DNA of 64,000 nt, taken from positions 87,074 through 151,073 of IMG/VR virus record IMGVR_UViG_2974725113_000001; one strand, 5' to 3'. Below are positions 27,503 to 36,475 of this stretch, in pieces; position 1 is the stretch's first letter, and each line of letters starts with the position of its first letter. The stretch comes from Oliverocinquevirus OLIVR5. Its lineage: Duplodnaviria; Heunggongvirae; Uroviricota; Caudoviricetes. Below the pieces are notes generated by a model. It ran no database searches, was not told the DNA's origin, and worked only from the letters and a program-made list of their open reading frames with translations. The translations under genes were made by a program, and so were the position numbers.

Positions 27503-28993
27503 ATGGCGAAGATCAGCCTGAAGTCTATCCTCGAAGCCGAGGAAAAGGAAGACAAGGTCGACGAAAACGATACCGACCAGGTAGATGAGAACGAAGATAA
27601 GATCGATGAAAATGACGATCAGGTCGACGAGAACGATGCCTGGGCAAGCAAGGTAAACGGCGAACGTACGAGCGCTTCCCGCGCCGGCGACAAGGTTTAC
27701 AAAGAAAAGGAAGACCAGGTCGACGAGAACGACGATAAGGTTGATGAGAACGACGATGAAGACAAGCTCGATGAAGCTTTCAATCAAGTTCTTCCCAAGC
27801 CTGGCGCTCTTCGCAAGGAATCTGAGTCTGAACCGAATGACGCCGCTAAGAAGCTCGACGGTGAAGGCAAGCCTGGCGAAACCGACGTCATCAACGATCG
27901 CCTTGAAAAGGAATCGAAGCCTGGCGAAACGAAACAGGCAACTGGTGGCACGACAGGTGATACCAAGGACCGTCCTAACGTAACCGAATCCGACGAAGAG
28001 AAGGTTGACGAAGACGAGAAGGAAAAGATCGAGGAAGAAGACGACGAAGACCTTCTCCTGATCGAAGACGAAGACAAGGTCGATGAAGCTAAGGGCAAGA
28101 AGCGCTCGAAGAAGGAATCGGCTGATGAGAAGACCGACGAGTCTGATGACGAGAAGGTTGATGAGTCCGATGATGAAAAGAAGGACGAGTCTGACGAAGA
28201 GAAAGTGGACGAGGAAGATTGTATCGACGTGAAGGTCGATGAAGCTGTTCTCGACCGAATGCTCAAGGTCCTCAAGGTCGACGAATCCGAACTCGCTACC
28301 TTCAAGGATGTCCTCCGTGGTGCTATCGTCGAATCCGTTCGCGTCACTTCGGCCAAGGCTGTAAAGCGTGCGCGGAAGCAGATCGTCTCTGAGGCCAATA
28401 CGCGAATTCGCCTTGCAACCGCTCGCAAGAAGGAATCAATCAAGAAGCTCAACGCTATCTCTGAACGCGCTTTCGCTCGTTTCGAAGAAGCTCATAAGAC
28501 TGAACTGAAGAAGCTCGGTCAGTATGACGAGATGGTAAAGCTGTTCAAGTCGATGAACGGTGTCATGGAAGCCTTCGGTCTCTCCACGAACCCGACGAAC
28601 AAGCGTCTTGCTGTCCAGCTCGAAGCGGCTCGTAAGGCACATGCTGTCGACGTCGCTGAACTGAAGAAGGAAAATGCTGAACTGAAGGTAGAAGCCGAAC
28701 GCGCTAAGATTCGCTCTGCCGTAGATCGCATGACCAAGACGATGACCGAATCTGAACGTTCGGAGTTTCTGACTATCGTTGCTGAAATGAAGGTTGTCGA
28801 CTCGAATGATTTCCTCCGTCGTGCAACGAAGATCAAGGATCGCCTCTACAAGGAAGACGAATCGTCCTATACCAACTTCGTAGAACGATTTACTGAATCG
28901 GCCGACCTCGTGCGTAAGCCGAAGCCGGTCAATGAAGACAAGTCTGCTCCCAAAAACATCATGGAAGCAGTATCTGAAGTTCTCCGCGGATAA
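27503..28993 (+). CDS. 22: prohead scaffold protein (gp22-like) with tandem acidic repeats
   Basis: 496 aa; N-terminal two-thirds is made of repeated D(K/Q)VDENDD and DESDDEKVDE units (21-nt DNA repeats); C-terminal third is predicted coiled-coil. Confidence 0.55.
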   Translation: MAKISLKSILEAEEKEDKVDENDTDQVDENEDKIDENDDQVDENDAWASKVNGERTSASRAGDKVYKEKEDQVDENDDKVDENDDEDKLDEAFNQVLPKPGALRKESESEPNDAAKKLDGEGKPGETDVINDRLEKESKPGETKQATGGTTGDTKDRPNVTESDEEKVDEDEKEKIEEEDDEDLLLIEDEDKVDEAKGKKRSKKESADEKTDESDDEKVDESDDEKKDESDEEKVDEEDCIDVKVDEAVLDRMLKVLKVDESELATFKDVLRGAIVESVRVTSAKAVKRARKQIVSEANTRIRLATARKKESIKKLNAISERAFARFEEAHKTELKKLGQYDEMVKLFKSMNGVMEAFGLSTNPTNKRLAVQLEAARKAHAVDVAELKKENAELKVEAERAKIRSAVDRMTKTMTESERSEFLTIVAEMKVVDSNDFLRRATKIKDRLYKEDESSYTNFVERFTESADLVRKPKPVNEDKSAPKNIMEAVSEVLRG

Positions 28994-29005
28994 CGGAGCT
29001 TGGCT

Positions 29006-29047
29006 GGAGTCAGAAACGAGCGAAAATAAACGCAAATTTCTGACTCC
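29006..29047 (+). terminator. stem-loop GGAGTCAGAAA...TTTCTGACTCC with large loop
   Basis: 11-bp stem with about 20-nt loop after the scaffold gene; a weak terminator at best. Confidence 0.25.
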
Positions 29048-29048
29048 T

Positions 29049-29056
29049 TAAAATAA
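29049..29056 (+). promoter_or_regulatory. late-promoter-like motif TAAAATAA upstream of the major capsid gene
   Basis: TTAAAATAAAACGAAC, about 40 nt before the ATG at 29096, with RBS GGAGAAAAG. Confidence 0.4.
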
Positions 29057-29095
29057 AACGAACATTCCAACAACCATCCGATTGGAGAAAAGAAA

Positions 29096-30454
29096 ATGGA
29101 ATTTAACCAGTACGGTATCTACAACGAACAGGATATGGAACTCGAGAAGAAGTGGAAGAAGGTCATCGACGCCGACGGCGCACCGAAGATCGCTTCTGAA
29201 GACCTCAACATGCGTTATGGCATGGCTCGTCTCCTGGAAAACACTTTCACTGAAATCAAGCTCGAGCGCGAATCCGGCGTCGGCATGTTTGCTGAGTCTA
29301 CTCCGACCACTCAGACCGGCGGCATTGCTAAGTGGGACCCGATCCTGATCTCGATGGTACGTCGTATCGGCCAGACGATTCTTTCGAACCGTCTCGTAGG
29401 TAACCAGCCAATGACCAGTCCTTCTGGTCTTATCTTCGCTGTTCGTCCTCGTTACGAAAATCAGCAAGGTCCTGAAGTTCTTACGGGTGCTCCGAAGACC
29501 GCGTTCACCGGCTTCAACTCTGCTGGTAACCCGGGTTGGGACCTCGCCAACGAGATTCCTTCTGACGTCGCTCTCGATCCGTTCGCAAAGGCTCAGCCTG
29601 CTGATCCGTTCGGTACCGGCTTCACGACCGGTTTCGGCATGGACACGGCAACCGGCGAAGGTGATGTGAACTCTGAGCTGACCGTCACGATCGACTCTGC
29701 ACGAGTTGATGCGAAGACTCGTAGCTCTAAGGCAAGCTACTCGATGGAAACCGCTCAGGACATGGCACGTCAGCACGGCATGAATGCTGATGCGTTCCTC
29801 ACGTCCATCCTGGCTGACAACATCGCTGCTGAAACCTACTACGAAATTCTTCGTTCGATGTACATCTCTGCGAAGCTCGGCTGCACCGACACTTCGACTC
29901 CTGGCGTGTACGACTTGAACGTAGACAGCTCCGGTGGCTGGATCGCTGAAAAGGCTCGTACGCTTGCTCTGCGAATCATCTACGAAGCTTCGGAAATCAT
30001 GGCTACGACTCGTGCCGGCTACGGTACCTTCGCAGTCGTCGATCGCAAGACCTACAACCTGCTCCAGGGCGCTGGTCTGATCTCGGATTACGGTCCGTCG
30101 AACAACATGATGACTGGTGCTGACCCGATCATCCGGAACAACGTTCCGAACTCTGGTCTGCTCTTCGGTCAGCTTGAAGTTTACCGCGATGACTACGCAC
30201 AGTTTGGTGCACGTGAAGGCTTCTGCATGGTCGGCTTCAAGGGTTCCAACGAAGCTGATGCTGCTATGTATCACTGCCCGTACATCCCCGTCTGGACCGT
30301 ACGCGCTGTTGATCCGAAGTCCGGTCAGCCGATGATCTTCTTCAAGAAGCGTTACGGCGTTGCTGCCAACCCGCTCGCTGACACTGAAGGTAAGATCGTT
30401 CCGCGCTCGAACCCGCTGCTCCGCATCTTCAAAATCCAGAACATCGAAATCTAA
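29096..30454 (+). CDS. 23: major capsid protein (gp23-like position)
   Basis: 452-aa ORF directly after the scaffold gene; strong RBS; high-expression codon usage. Confidence 0.5.
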   Translation: MEFNQYGIYNEQDMELEKKWKKVIDADGAPKIASEDLNMRYGMARLLENTFTEIKLERESGVGMFAESTPTTQTGGIAKWDPILISMVRRIGQTILSNRLVGNQPMTSPSGLIFAVRPRYENQQGPEVLTGAPKTAFTGFNSAGNPGWDLANEIPSDVALDPFAKAQPADPFGTGFTTGFGMDTATGEGDVNSELTVTIDSARVDAKTRSSKASYSMETAQDMARQHGMNADAFLTSILADNIAAETYYEILRSMYISAKLGCTDTSTPGVYDLNVDSSGGWIAEKARTLALRIIYEASEIMATTRAGYGTFAVVDRKTYNLLQGAGLISDYGPSNNMMTGADPIIRNNVPNSGLLFGQLEVYRDDYAQFGAREGFCMVGFKGSNEADAAMYHCPYIPVWTVRAVDPKSGQPMIFFKKRYGVAANPLADTEGKIVPRSNPLLRIFKIQNIEI

Positions 30455-30466
30455 TCGATTCCTTAG

Positions 30467-30488
30467 AACCCAGGATTTTTCCTGGGTT
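30467..30488 (+). terminator. intrinsic terminator AACCCAGGA-tttt-TCCTGGGTT
   Basis: 9-bp stem followed by TTGGGGG, just after the capsid gene stop. Confidence 0.5.
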
Positions 30489-30568
30489 TTGGGGGAGCTG
30501 TGGCGATTTATCTATCGAGCTGATATATCATTCATCTTTCTTCTTTAACTCTCCCATGCTCATCCCCT

Positions 30569-30592
30569 CAGACCCAGGCAAATACCTGGGTC
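30569..30592 (-). terminator. hairpin AGACCCAGG-caaata-CCTGGGTCT
   Basis: 9-bp stem sharing the CCCAGG/CCTGGG core with the hairpin at 30467; on the minus strand it is followed by GAGGGGAT. Confidence 0.4.
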
Positions 30593-30623
30593 TTGTCTGA
30601 TTTCAAATGATATTATGTCCTGT

Positions 30624-31505
30624 TTAAATCTCGGCGTTTGAATCAATAAACGATTTGAGGAATTTCATCGCTTCGATTGCCTGGTTTCGAGACTTGATGT
30701 TGATCAACATGCGACCTTCTTGAACATCGATGTTTCGAGATTCGCCGTATTCACCTCTTTCAATGATCGTTCGAGTCTTGAAAGGTGGTTCAATTTCTGT
30801 ATCTGAGCATTCGACTTTTACCTTCCTGAGGTCCACGATGTAATGCTGAGAAAGATCGAAACCGTACTTCACGTTCTCAAACATTTCTCCAGTCTTCGTA
30901 TCATACTCTCGTCTGGAGTTAATAAGAGGACCTGTAGCTGACTCTACTTCGATGGCATAATTTCCCTGATCCCAGGTGATGAAGTCGCCTTTCTCTAGCG
31001 AGAAGACGAAGTCTTCGAACTCTTCATTGACTTCAACGAATTGCATTCCAGATCGAAGGATTATTTCTAGGTCTTCTCCGCCATTTCGGAATTCGTCAGT
31101 CTTCATCTGAAATCCGGTGCTTCCAGGAGAAGTTCTAGCCGATCCTTCTTTGAAAATGATGATTTTTTCTTCTTCGGAAATACCGAAGCCTTCGATGACT
31201 GCAGAGAGAAATCTAATTCCCCATGTGATTCGTTTTCCAATAACGAGAGACAGCGCCTTCTTGAGCTCGATCTCTGTCGGAGCTCGGACTTCATCCAGAG
31301 CGAATGTCCTAAATTTGTCCGTCTCGTAAAGAGTCGACATTTGAATATCTGAAATGTCGCCGAATTCGTCGATACCTATAAAGTGGCTTTCGTCTGTTCC
31401 GAGAGGATCAGTCACAAAGTAGTGGTCAATCCCGATGCCTTTCACGATCCCAATGCCTGACGTGTTACAGTCTTTGAAGTATACAATTTCGCCGAGTCTT
31501 ACCAT
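30624..31505 (-). CDS. hypothetical protein, paralog family B
   Basis: 293 aa; N-terminus MVRLGEIVYFKD...GIDHYFV...IGIDEFGDI resembles the N-terminus of 57634..58305; both genes sit directly downstream of a PeSL-like element. Confidence 0.45.
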   Translation of the reverse strand: MVRLGEIVYFKDCNTSGIGIVKGIGIDHYFVTDPLGTDESHFIGIDEFGDISDIQMSTLYETDKFRTFALDEVRAPTEIELKKALSLVIGKRITWGIRFLSAVIEGFGISEEEKIIIFKEGSARTSPGSTGFQMKTDEFRNGGEDLEIILRSGMQFVEVNEEFEDFVFSLEKGDFITWDQGNYAIEVESATGPLINSRREYDTKTGEMFENVKYGFDLSQHYIVDLRKVKVECSDTEIEPPFKTRTIIERGEYGESRNIDVQEGRMLINIKSRNQAIEAMKFLKSFIDSNAEI

Positions 31506-31536
31506 TCGACTTCTCCGTCTGAGTTTTGATGTTCGA

Positions 31537-31605
31537 CTAATATCCTACGACTTAGTCCTTGTAAATAGCTAAATCCCCTCCAAGGCGAAATTAATTTCGC
31601 CTCGG
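31537..31605 (-). promoter_or_regulatory. PeSL-like element (hairpin with TTAATT loop, then GGAGGGGATTTAGCTATTTACA-N17-TATTAG)
   Basis: Hairpin CCAAGGCGAAA-TTAATT-TCGCCTCGG at 31580..31605; minus-strand -35 TTTACA at 31560..31565 and -10 at 31537..31542. Confidence 0.5.
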
Positions 31606-31611
31606 AAAGAT

Positions 31612-31899
31612 TTAAAGAATTCCTACCCAGACACAAATGCCATGGATGATCCCGATAGGGAATATAATGGCTCCAAAAGCGAGCAGAATCCACGAGGACG
31701 TCTTGATGCATACTACCACGTGAGTGATCCATGCCAGCGCTGGAATCAGGACAGGTGCTGCCACCGATACGATGAAAAGGAGAAACAGCGAGATCGCTTT
31801 AATCCAACCGAAGAAGATTTCCAACATTTCAATACCTTTCTTCAAAAACTTTGTTCTTGCTTGCGACGTCAGGAACAGGAACAACACTCCATCTGTCAC
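31612..31899 (-). CDS. small membrane protein
   Basis: 95 aa with three hydrophobic segments. Confidence 0.4.
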   Translation of the reverse strand: MTDGVLFLFLTSQARTKFLKKGIEMLEIFFGWIKAISLFLLFIVSVAAPVLIPALAWITHVVVCIKTSSWILLAFGAIIFPIGIIHGICVWVGIL

Positions 31900-32059
31900 G
31901 ATAAAGAGATGACCTCTCTAGGACACCTTTGTCGAAACGGAATGCTGCACAGTTCTCGTCTTTATAGACTTTAATCTTTCCTGGTTCGTTTGTAAACCAG
32001 GTAATGCAAGCCGCGACGGCATAATATTTGTTTTCATCTTCGAGGAAAATCGAAATCAT
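31829..32059 (-). CDS. hypothetical small protein
   Basis: 76-aa ORF overlapping the downstream gene by 71 nt; the start is uncertain. Confidence 0.3.
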   Translation of the reverse strand: MISIFLEDENKYYAVAACITWFTNEPGKIKVYKDENCAAFRFDKGVLERSSLYRDRWSVVPVPDVASKNKVFEERY

Positions 32060-32595
32060 TTGTTGAGACCTGCCTTGAACTTTTCGTTGTCGAGAATTCC
32101 GTTGATCCTGAAAGACCGAGTGTTGATCTGCTTCAGGATTTCTTCGAGTGCCGCCTTCGAGTCTTTCGCCGATCGAACACGTTTCCGAAGAGTTCGAATA
32201 GGAATGTTCGCATTGAGATAAAGGTTCAGCTCATCTTTCGTATTGATAATCAGATTGTGCGGACGACGCTTGTATTCGTCTTCATGAGCACGACCTTTGA
32301 GATAGAGAGATTCCTTCGTCTCTGCCTCTTCGAGCTCATCTTCCAGCTCAGACAATCGCATATTCACACGAATGAGCTGATTGAAGTACTTCGAATGCAG
32401 CTTCGAGATTCGTCGCTGTTCCGAAGATAAGTCGTTTCCGATTTCTGCATCTGCTTCCCAGGAGTCTAGGAGCTTTTCGAGAAACGACTTCTTATCGTTT
32501 TCTTCATGGTCTGACAAGATTTTCACTGTCCTCATAAACGTTGCCGTTGATAGTGTCCACCTCGATATTCGATAGACCGAACGTCGCGATGCCAT
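32056..32595 (-). CDS. hypothetical protein
   Basis: 179-aa ORF; an alternative start at 32535 would remove the overlap with the upstream gene. Confidence 0.4.
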   Translation of the reverse strand: MASRRSVYRISRWTLSTATFMRTVKILSDHEENDKKSFLEKLLDSWEADAEIGNDLSSEQRRISKLHSKYFNQLIRVNMRLSELEDELEEAETKESLYLKGRAHEDEYKRRPHNLIINTKDELNLYLNANIPIRTLRKRVRSAKDSKAALEEILKQINTRSFRINGILDNEKFKAGLNK

Positions 32596-33022
32596 ACACT
32601 ACAGGTGCTACACCAGAATTCGAGGAAAAGGAAATAGAATTTACGCCTCGAGGGAAAAGAGACGTATATCGAAGACCTACAACTCCTCGACCATGATTGT
32701 CAAGGATCGTGAGTGATGCGTTCGATACGAGAGACGGGATTTCAGTTTCATCAGAAGTCTTGATCTTAAGAGTCCAAGAAAGCACTTCCATGTATGTTTC
32801 CCATTTCTCATCCATGATCCATGTCAGAACAAGATCGTCTGGCCGCCAGACCGCGCCAGGTAGCCGTTCGATGATCTGTCCAATAGGAATATCAGTGGTG
32901 TCAAGACTGATCCCTGGCATGATAATATCGACCGCTCGAAGAGATGTCTTCGGAAGCTTCGGACAAGTGAATACGAAATTATCAGTATGCGAATTGTTTA
33001 GTTTGTCTTTATTTTCTGCCAT
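32504..33022 (-). CDS. hypothetical protein
   Basis: 172-aa ORF. Confidence 0.4.
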   Translation of the reverse strand: MAENKDKLNNSHTDNFVFTCPKLPKTSLRAVDIIMPGISLDTTDIPIGQIIERLPGAVWRPDDLVLTWIMDEKWETYMEVLSWTLKIKTSDETEIPSLVSNASLTILDNHGRGVVGLRYTSLFPRGVNSISFSSNSGVAPVVYGIATFGLSNIEVDTINGNVYEDSENLVRP

Positions 33023-33030
33023 ATCGATCC

Positions 33031-33429
33031 TCAGTATTCGAGTTCGAGTTCTAGCATCTCCTGTGCGACTCTCTTCACTTCATCCATATCCTTGTACGAA
33101 TGAGCCATAAGATTGAGCGCACAGGAAAAGAAGAACCGTGCTTGTTTCTGGACGAATTCTTCAGAGGTGTTTTGAACCATCTCGTTGAATTCGTCTTCCA
33201 TTCCTTCTACGACGTGGATATCGACAACATCCTCGTGATAGACCTTTTCTTCAAAGATTCGCTGCTTCAAAGAAGAGACGGATTTCTCCGTCTTCTTCAT
33301 TTTCTTGATGTCGTTCGAATTCCTTTTAGATCGGAAATATGACTGAGAGCATACAACGACAAGAACCACGAAGAACGCGAAAGTCGTTGATGCGCCGATG
33401 CCTGTAAGGATTGAAAGGAACAAATCCAT
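33031..33429 (-). CDS. type II membrane protein (N-terminal TM)
   Basis: 132 aa; TM helix in residues 5-27 followed by a charged domain. Confidence 0.4.
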   Translation of the reverse strand: MDLFLSILTGIGASTTFAFFVVLVVVCSQSYFRSKRNSNDIKKMKKTEKSVSSLKQRIFEEKVYHEDVVDIHVVEGMEDEFNEMVQNTSEEFVQKQARFFFSCALNLMAHSYKDMDEVKRVAQEMLELELEY

Positions 33430-33465
33430 GTTTATGCTTTCGTGTTCGAGAGGAAAGAGTAATCC

Positions 33466-34188
33466 TTAGCTAGAAGCTTTCGGAGTGCGAGTTTTCCTGA
33501 CTGGGCGTTCCTTTTTAGGCGCTGCCACCTTCTCTTTGGACTTGTCCACAGCAGGCTTGCGTCGAGCAGGAGTAGCAGAAGCCACATTATCCACTGCGTC
33601 GACCTCATCTTCCAGGCCGTCAATCGATAGCGGATCGTGACCGGAACCTGCTTGAGAAGCGCTTTTAGAAACTTCCACAGGCTTGGCAGGAGCCGCTTTT
33701 TTCTCTTGAGATTTGAACGCAACATATTCGTCGCGCCGAAAGATAAGGGCTCCGTTGGCGAACCTCCGGTTTCCAGCATAACGCTCCAGGTGGTCAGGAT
33801 CGAGATTGATTTCGCCGAGAGTTGCAGCGTAAACGATCTTGACGTCTTCTGCAGTCATCTGGTTCGTGAACTTGACGTAGAGTTCTTCGAGCTTCGGTCG
33901 ATCGAAATCCTGGCGGAAGAAGTACTGGAGATAGTCAGAGAAGAACTTCTCGAGCGATGCTGCTGGCCTTTCCATCCGATTGACGAGGGACTCAGGGACT
34001 TCGCCAGAAATCAGGATTTTCTTGTAGCCACCGCCGACGAGCCAGACGAAGTTGTCGAGGACCGTCGAGTGCTGCACTGGTCGTCCGTCCATGAAGGCAC
34101 GGATTTGAGAGTATGCTGCCTGGCCCTGGAAACGAAGGCTCTCCTGACGAGCTACCTTGCTTTGAAATTGTTCGTGTGAATTCTGCAT
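33466..34188 (-). CDS. hypothetical protein with Lys/Ala/Pro-rich histone-H1-like C-terminal tail
   Basis: 240 aa; C-terminal roughly 70 residues KKAAPAKPVEVSK...KEKVAAPKKERPVRKTRTPKASS. Confidence 0.4.
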   Translation of the reverse strand: MQNSHEQFQSKVARQESLRFQGQAAYSQIRAFMDGRPVQHSTVLDNFVWLVGGGYKKILISGEVPESLVNRMERPAASLEKFFSDYLQYFFRQDFDRPKLEELYVKFTNQMTAEDVKIVYAATLGEINLDPDHLERYAGNRRFANGALIFRRDEYVAFKSQEKKAAPAKPVEVSKSASQAGSGHDPLSIDGLEDEVDAVDNVASATPARRKPAVDKSKEKVAAPKKERPVRKTRTPKASS

Positions 34189-34228
34189 TGAATGCTCCGT
34201 TCGTTTATTCTTATGTAGTCTATTTTGA

Positions 34229-35140
34229 TCAGAAGAGGTCCAGGTCGGAAACAGTCTTCAGCTCTGGATAGAAGTCTTCGGCTTTCTGGACGTACTGACC
34301 TTGACGCAAACGAATGAGCATATTGTTTACATCGCCGCGACGAATTTCCTTGTTGTATTCGGTCATGATCCGATCCTTGACTTCTTTAGGAGTCTGAGTC
34401 AGATCGACGAGAGCCTTGTTGCGCTTGTAGTTGCGGAGAACTTCAGAAGCCGGAAGGTGTTTGAAATTCGTACGAAGGATTTCGTCTTCGACATCGACAG
34501 CAGCCATAAGTTGAGCTTTCATCTTAGCTGAAAGAGTGCGCTGCTTTTTGTTAGGATCGACGAAGGTATCGTCGTCAGAAAGAATATTTGGCACGTCGTC
34601 GCCAGGGTCGCCAGTCAGAGTCAGCAAACGATAGTAGTCCTTGCCGTTATCGGTCATGACTTTCTTGATCGGATTGTAGACCTGGATGTGCTTGAAACGA
34701 GTGAGCTGAGCCATGTCTTTATCAGCAGAGCAGACGAGGTTTGGACCAGGAGTTTCTTGAGCGAGAACAGCCATGACATCGTCACCTTCAGCGCCATAGC
34801 ACTTGATGGTACGATAGACCTGTTCGTCATGAAGAATATCCCACATGGAGTGGATTTCTTCGAAGACCTGCTGGATGATAGAACCTTCGAGGACTTCTTC
34901 AGCTTCGCGCTTTTTACGGCGACGGTACTTGTATTCTGGGAATACGTCGAAGCGGAAAGAACGATGGTCTGCACAAAGAATGAGCTCGCCGTATTTGCCA
35001 CGGAATTCCGTGTTGATTTGGCGAAGCTTGCCGAGAAGCAAGCTTGCCGGAGTAGTTTCTTGATCGTCCAACTCGTTGAGCTGGATTGCTTTCATGGTAA
35101 CTGCAGAAGCAATATTACTCCAATCGGCCAAGATTGCCAT
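34229..35140 (-). CDS. rnh: RNase H / flap endonuclease (T4 rnh-like 5'-3' exonuclease)
   Basis: 5'-nuclease motifs YGAEGDDVMAVLAQ (GxEADD-like) and SADKDMAQL (SxDKD); 303 aa (T4 RNase H is 305 aa). Confidence 0.6.
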   Translation of the reverse strand: MAILADWSNIASAVTMKAIQLNELDDQETTPASLLLGKLRQINTEFRGKYGELILCADHRSFRFDVFPEYKYRRRKKREAEEVLEGSIIQQVFEEIHSMWDILHDEQVYRTIKCYGAEGDDVMAVLAQETPGPNLVCSADKDMAQLTRFKHIQVYNPIKKVMTDNGKDYYRLLTLTGDPGDDVPNILSDDDTFVDPNKKQRTLSAKMKAQLMAAVDVEDEILRTNFKHLPASEVLRNYKRNKALVDLTQTPKEVKDRIMTEYNKEIRRGDVNNMLIRLRQGQYVQKAEDFYPELKTVSDLDLF

Positions 35141-35179
35141 GTTTTAGTCCTTTCGATTTAATTTAAGAGGACCATATCA

Positions 35180-35404
35180 TCAATAAATATCGATGTAAAT
35201 CTCTTTTTCTGCAAGTTCTTTCTGAATTTGTCTTTTAGCCTCCGAGACGGCCGAGTCGATGAGATACTTAATGAGCTCTACAGCATCATTTGCATCGGGC
35301 ATGCCGTGAACTCCGCCAAGACTCACGATGTTCAGGAGACTTTCTTCAAGTGATGTTGAAGCATCCTCGACTGTGTTGATTTGTGTGAAATCATTCAGCT
35401 TCAT
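35180..35404 (-). CDS. small hypothetical protein, paralog family C (copy 1)
   Basis: 74 aa; LGGVHGMPDANDAVELIKYLIDSAV parallels LGGYHGTGAADDVSKLVRYIIDESI in the adjacent ORF. Confidence 0.45.
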   Translation of the reverse strand: MKLNDFTQINTVEDASTSLEESLLNIVSLGGVHGMPDANDAVELIKYLIDSAVSEAKRQIQKELAEKEIYIDIY

Positions 35405-35405
35405 G

Positions 35406-35663
35406 TCATACTCCTTCGTCGAGGTCTTCGAAATTAGATTCGCCTGGAGGAAGGAGACGAACTCCTACTTCACGGAGGCGTTCTTCCAGAGACGTTTCGA
35501 ATTTCTTAATTGACTCGTCTATGATATAGCGGACGAGTTTCGAAACGTCGTCTGCCGCTCCTGTTCCGTGATATCCGCCGAGAGAAGCCAATGTGCAAAG
35601 TCGATTCTTGAGGATATTTTCCGCATGTTCGACGTTGACGATCTTTCTACCTTCAATAATCAT
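35406..35663 (-). CDS. small hypothetical protein, paralog family C (copy 2)
   Basis: 85 aa; tandem paralog of 35180..35404. Confidence 0.45.
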   Translation of the reverse strand: MIIEGRKIVNVEHAENILKNRLCTLASLGGYHGTGAADDVSKLVRYIIDESIKKFETSLEERLREVGVRLLPPGESNFEDLDEGV

Positions 35664-35667
35664 CTCA

Positions 35668-36048
35668 TTACACTTTCGGTGCGCGTTCGGCTATGCGTTC
35701 GCGATTGATTTTGATGTCGTATGCGTTTGGTTCCCATTCACCGAGCCATTCTGTGCCTATACCTTTGATGGTGTTGGCGTCTGGCCAGAAATTGACCTTG
35801 AACCCGCGTTTGTCCATTTCGAGACAAAGTTGAATTTGCCTCGAATAGAGATAGCCGAGTTTGTTGTAAAAGAAACGGACATGACCAGGACCGAGAGTGT
35901 AAAACTTCGGATTGCGCTTGTCGTCAGGTTTTTCTTTGCGCTCGATAGCTTTACGAACGAGATTGAAAACACGAGGAAGCTCGCGATACTCGGCCACGAG
36001 ATGCTTGTCGTGAAGTTCAGAAGGAGGGACGACATTTATGCGAGTCAT
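35668..36048 (-). CDS. denV: pyrimidine-dimer DNA glycosylase (T4 endonuclease V, DenV)
   Basis: [33 protein letters not shown]...[23 protein letters not shown]...KRGF is near-collinear with T4 EndoV [33 protein letters not shown]...[22 protein letters not shown]...KRGF. Confidence 0.9.
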   Translation of the reverse strand: [126 protein letters not shown]

Positions 36049-36074
36049 GATATGCTCCGTTATTGACTTAGACC

Positions 36075-36103
36075 CTTATAGCAAAGGTCTAAGCCTTTGT
36101 AAA
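36075..36103 (-). promoter_or_regulatory. early-type promoter on minus strand (TTTACA-N17-TATAAG) upstream of denV
   Basis: Minus-strand sequence TTTACAAAGGCTTAGACCTTTGCTATAAG; a GGAG RBS follows. Confidence 0.45.
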
Positions 36104-36106
36104 CAA

Positions 36107-36340
36107 CTAAATCAGGCAATCGTGAAGATTTTCGACGGCTTCGAGTTTCTCCGACATGTATTCGAACTGATCGAAGTAACGGACGAGACGCTTAGCCTGA
36201 TCTTCTTTGACAATTCTTTTGAAGAGTTCTTCGACGTCTTCGTCGAACCTCGCACACGCTTCCTTCTCGACAGTGTCCATACGGACCTTATGAGCGTCGA
36301 CGGCTTTGATGTAATTCTCCCACTCTTCGAGCCGCTCCAC
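36107..36340 (-). CDS. hypothetical small protein
   Basis: 77-aa ORF with GTG start in the track; acidic coiled-coil-like. Confidence 0.3.
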   Translation of the reverse strand: MERLEEWENYIKAVDAHKVRMDTVEKEACARFDEDVEELFKRIVKEDQAKRLVRYFDQFEYMSEKLEAVENLHDCLI

Positions 36341-36475
36341 ATAGACCTTAGCTTCTTCGAGAGTCGCATTGGCTTACATCGATCCACGGCTTGGTCTTCG
36401 GCCCGTTAGGAGAAGGACCAATATTGTCCGGTTCGTAGTAATTGCCGTAGAACCGATTTCTGAATTTCACGAGGT

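Noticed and set aside
27503-28200. Possible CRISPR-like repeat array
   Set aside because: The repeats are 21-nt in-frame imperfect coding repeats inside the scaffold ORF with no spacers. They are not a CRISPR array.
27784-28452. 222-aa Ser-rich minus-strand ORF
   Set aside because: Reverse-complement reading of the acidic GAT/GAA repeat array of the scaffold gene; an artefact of the repeats.
29048-30274. 408-aa ORF on the minus strand
   Set aside because: Antisense to the major capsid gene, which has a strong RBS, synteny and high codon bias. The reverse frame is Arg/Ser/Val-rich and judged spurious.
33432-33779. 115-aa minus-strand ORF
   Set aside because: Out-of-frame overlap with the 3' half of the better-supported 240-aa ORF 33466..34188 on the same strand. 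It has no independent start signal.
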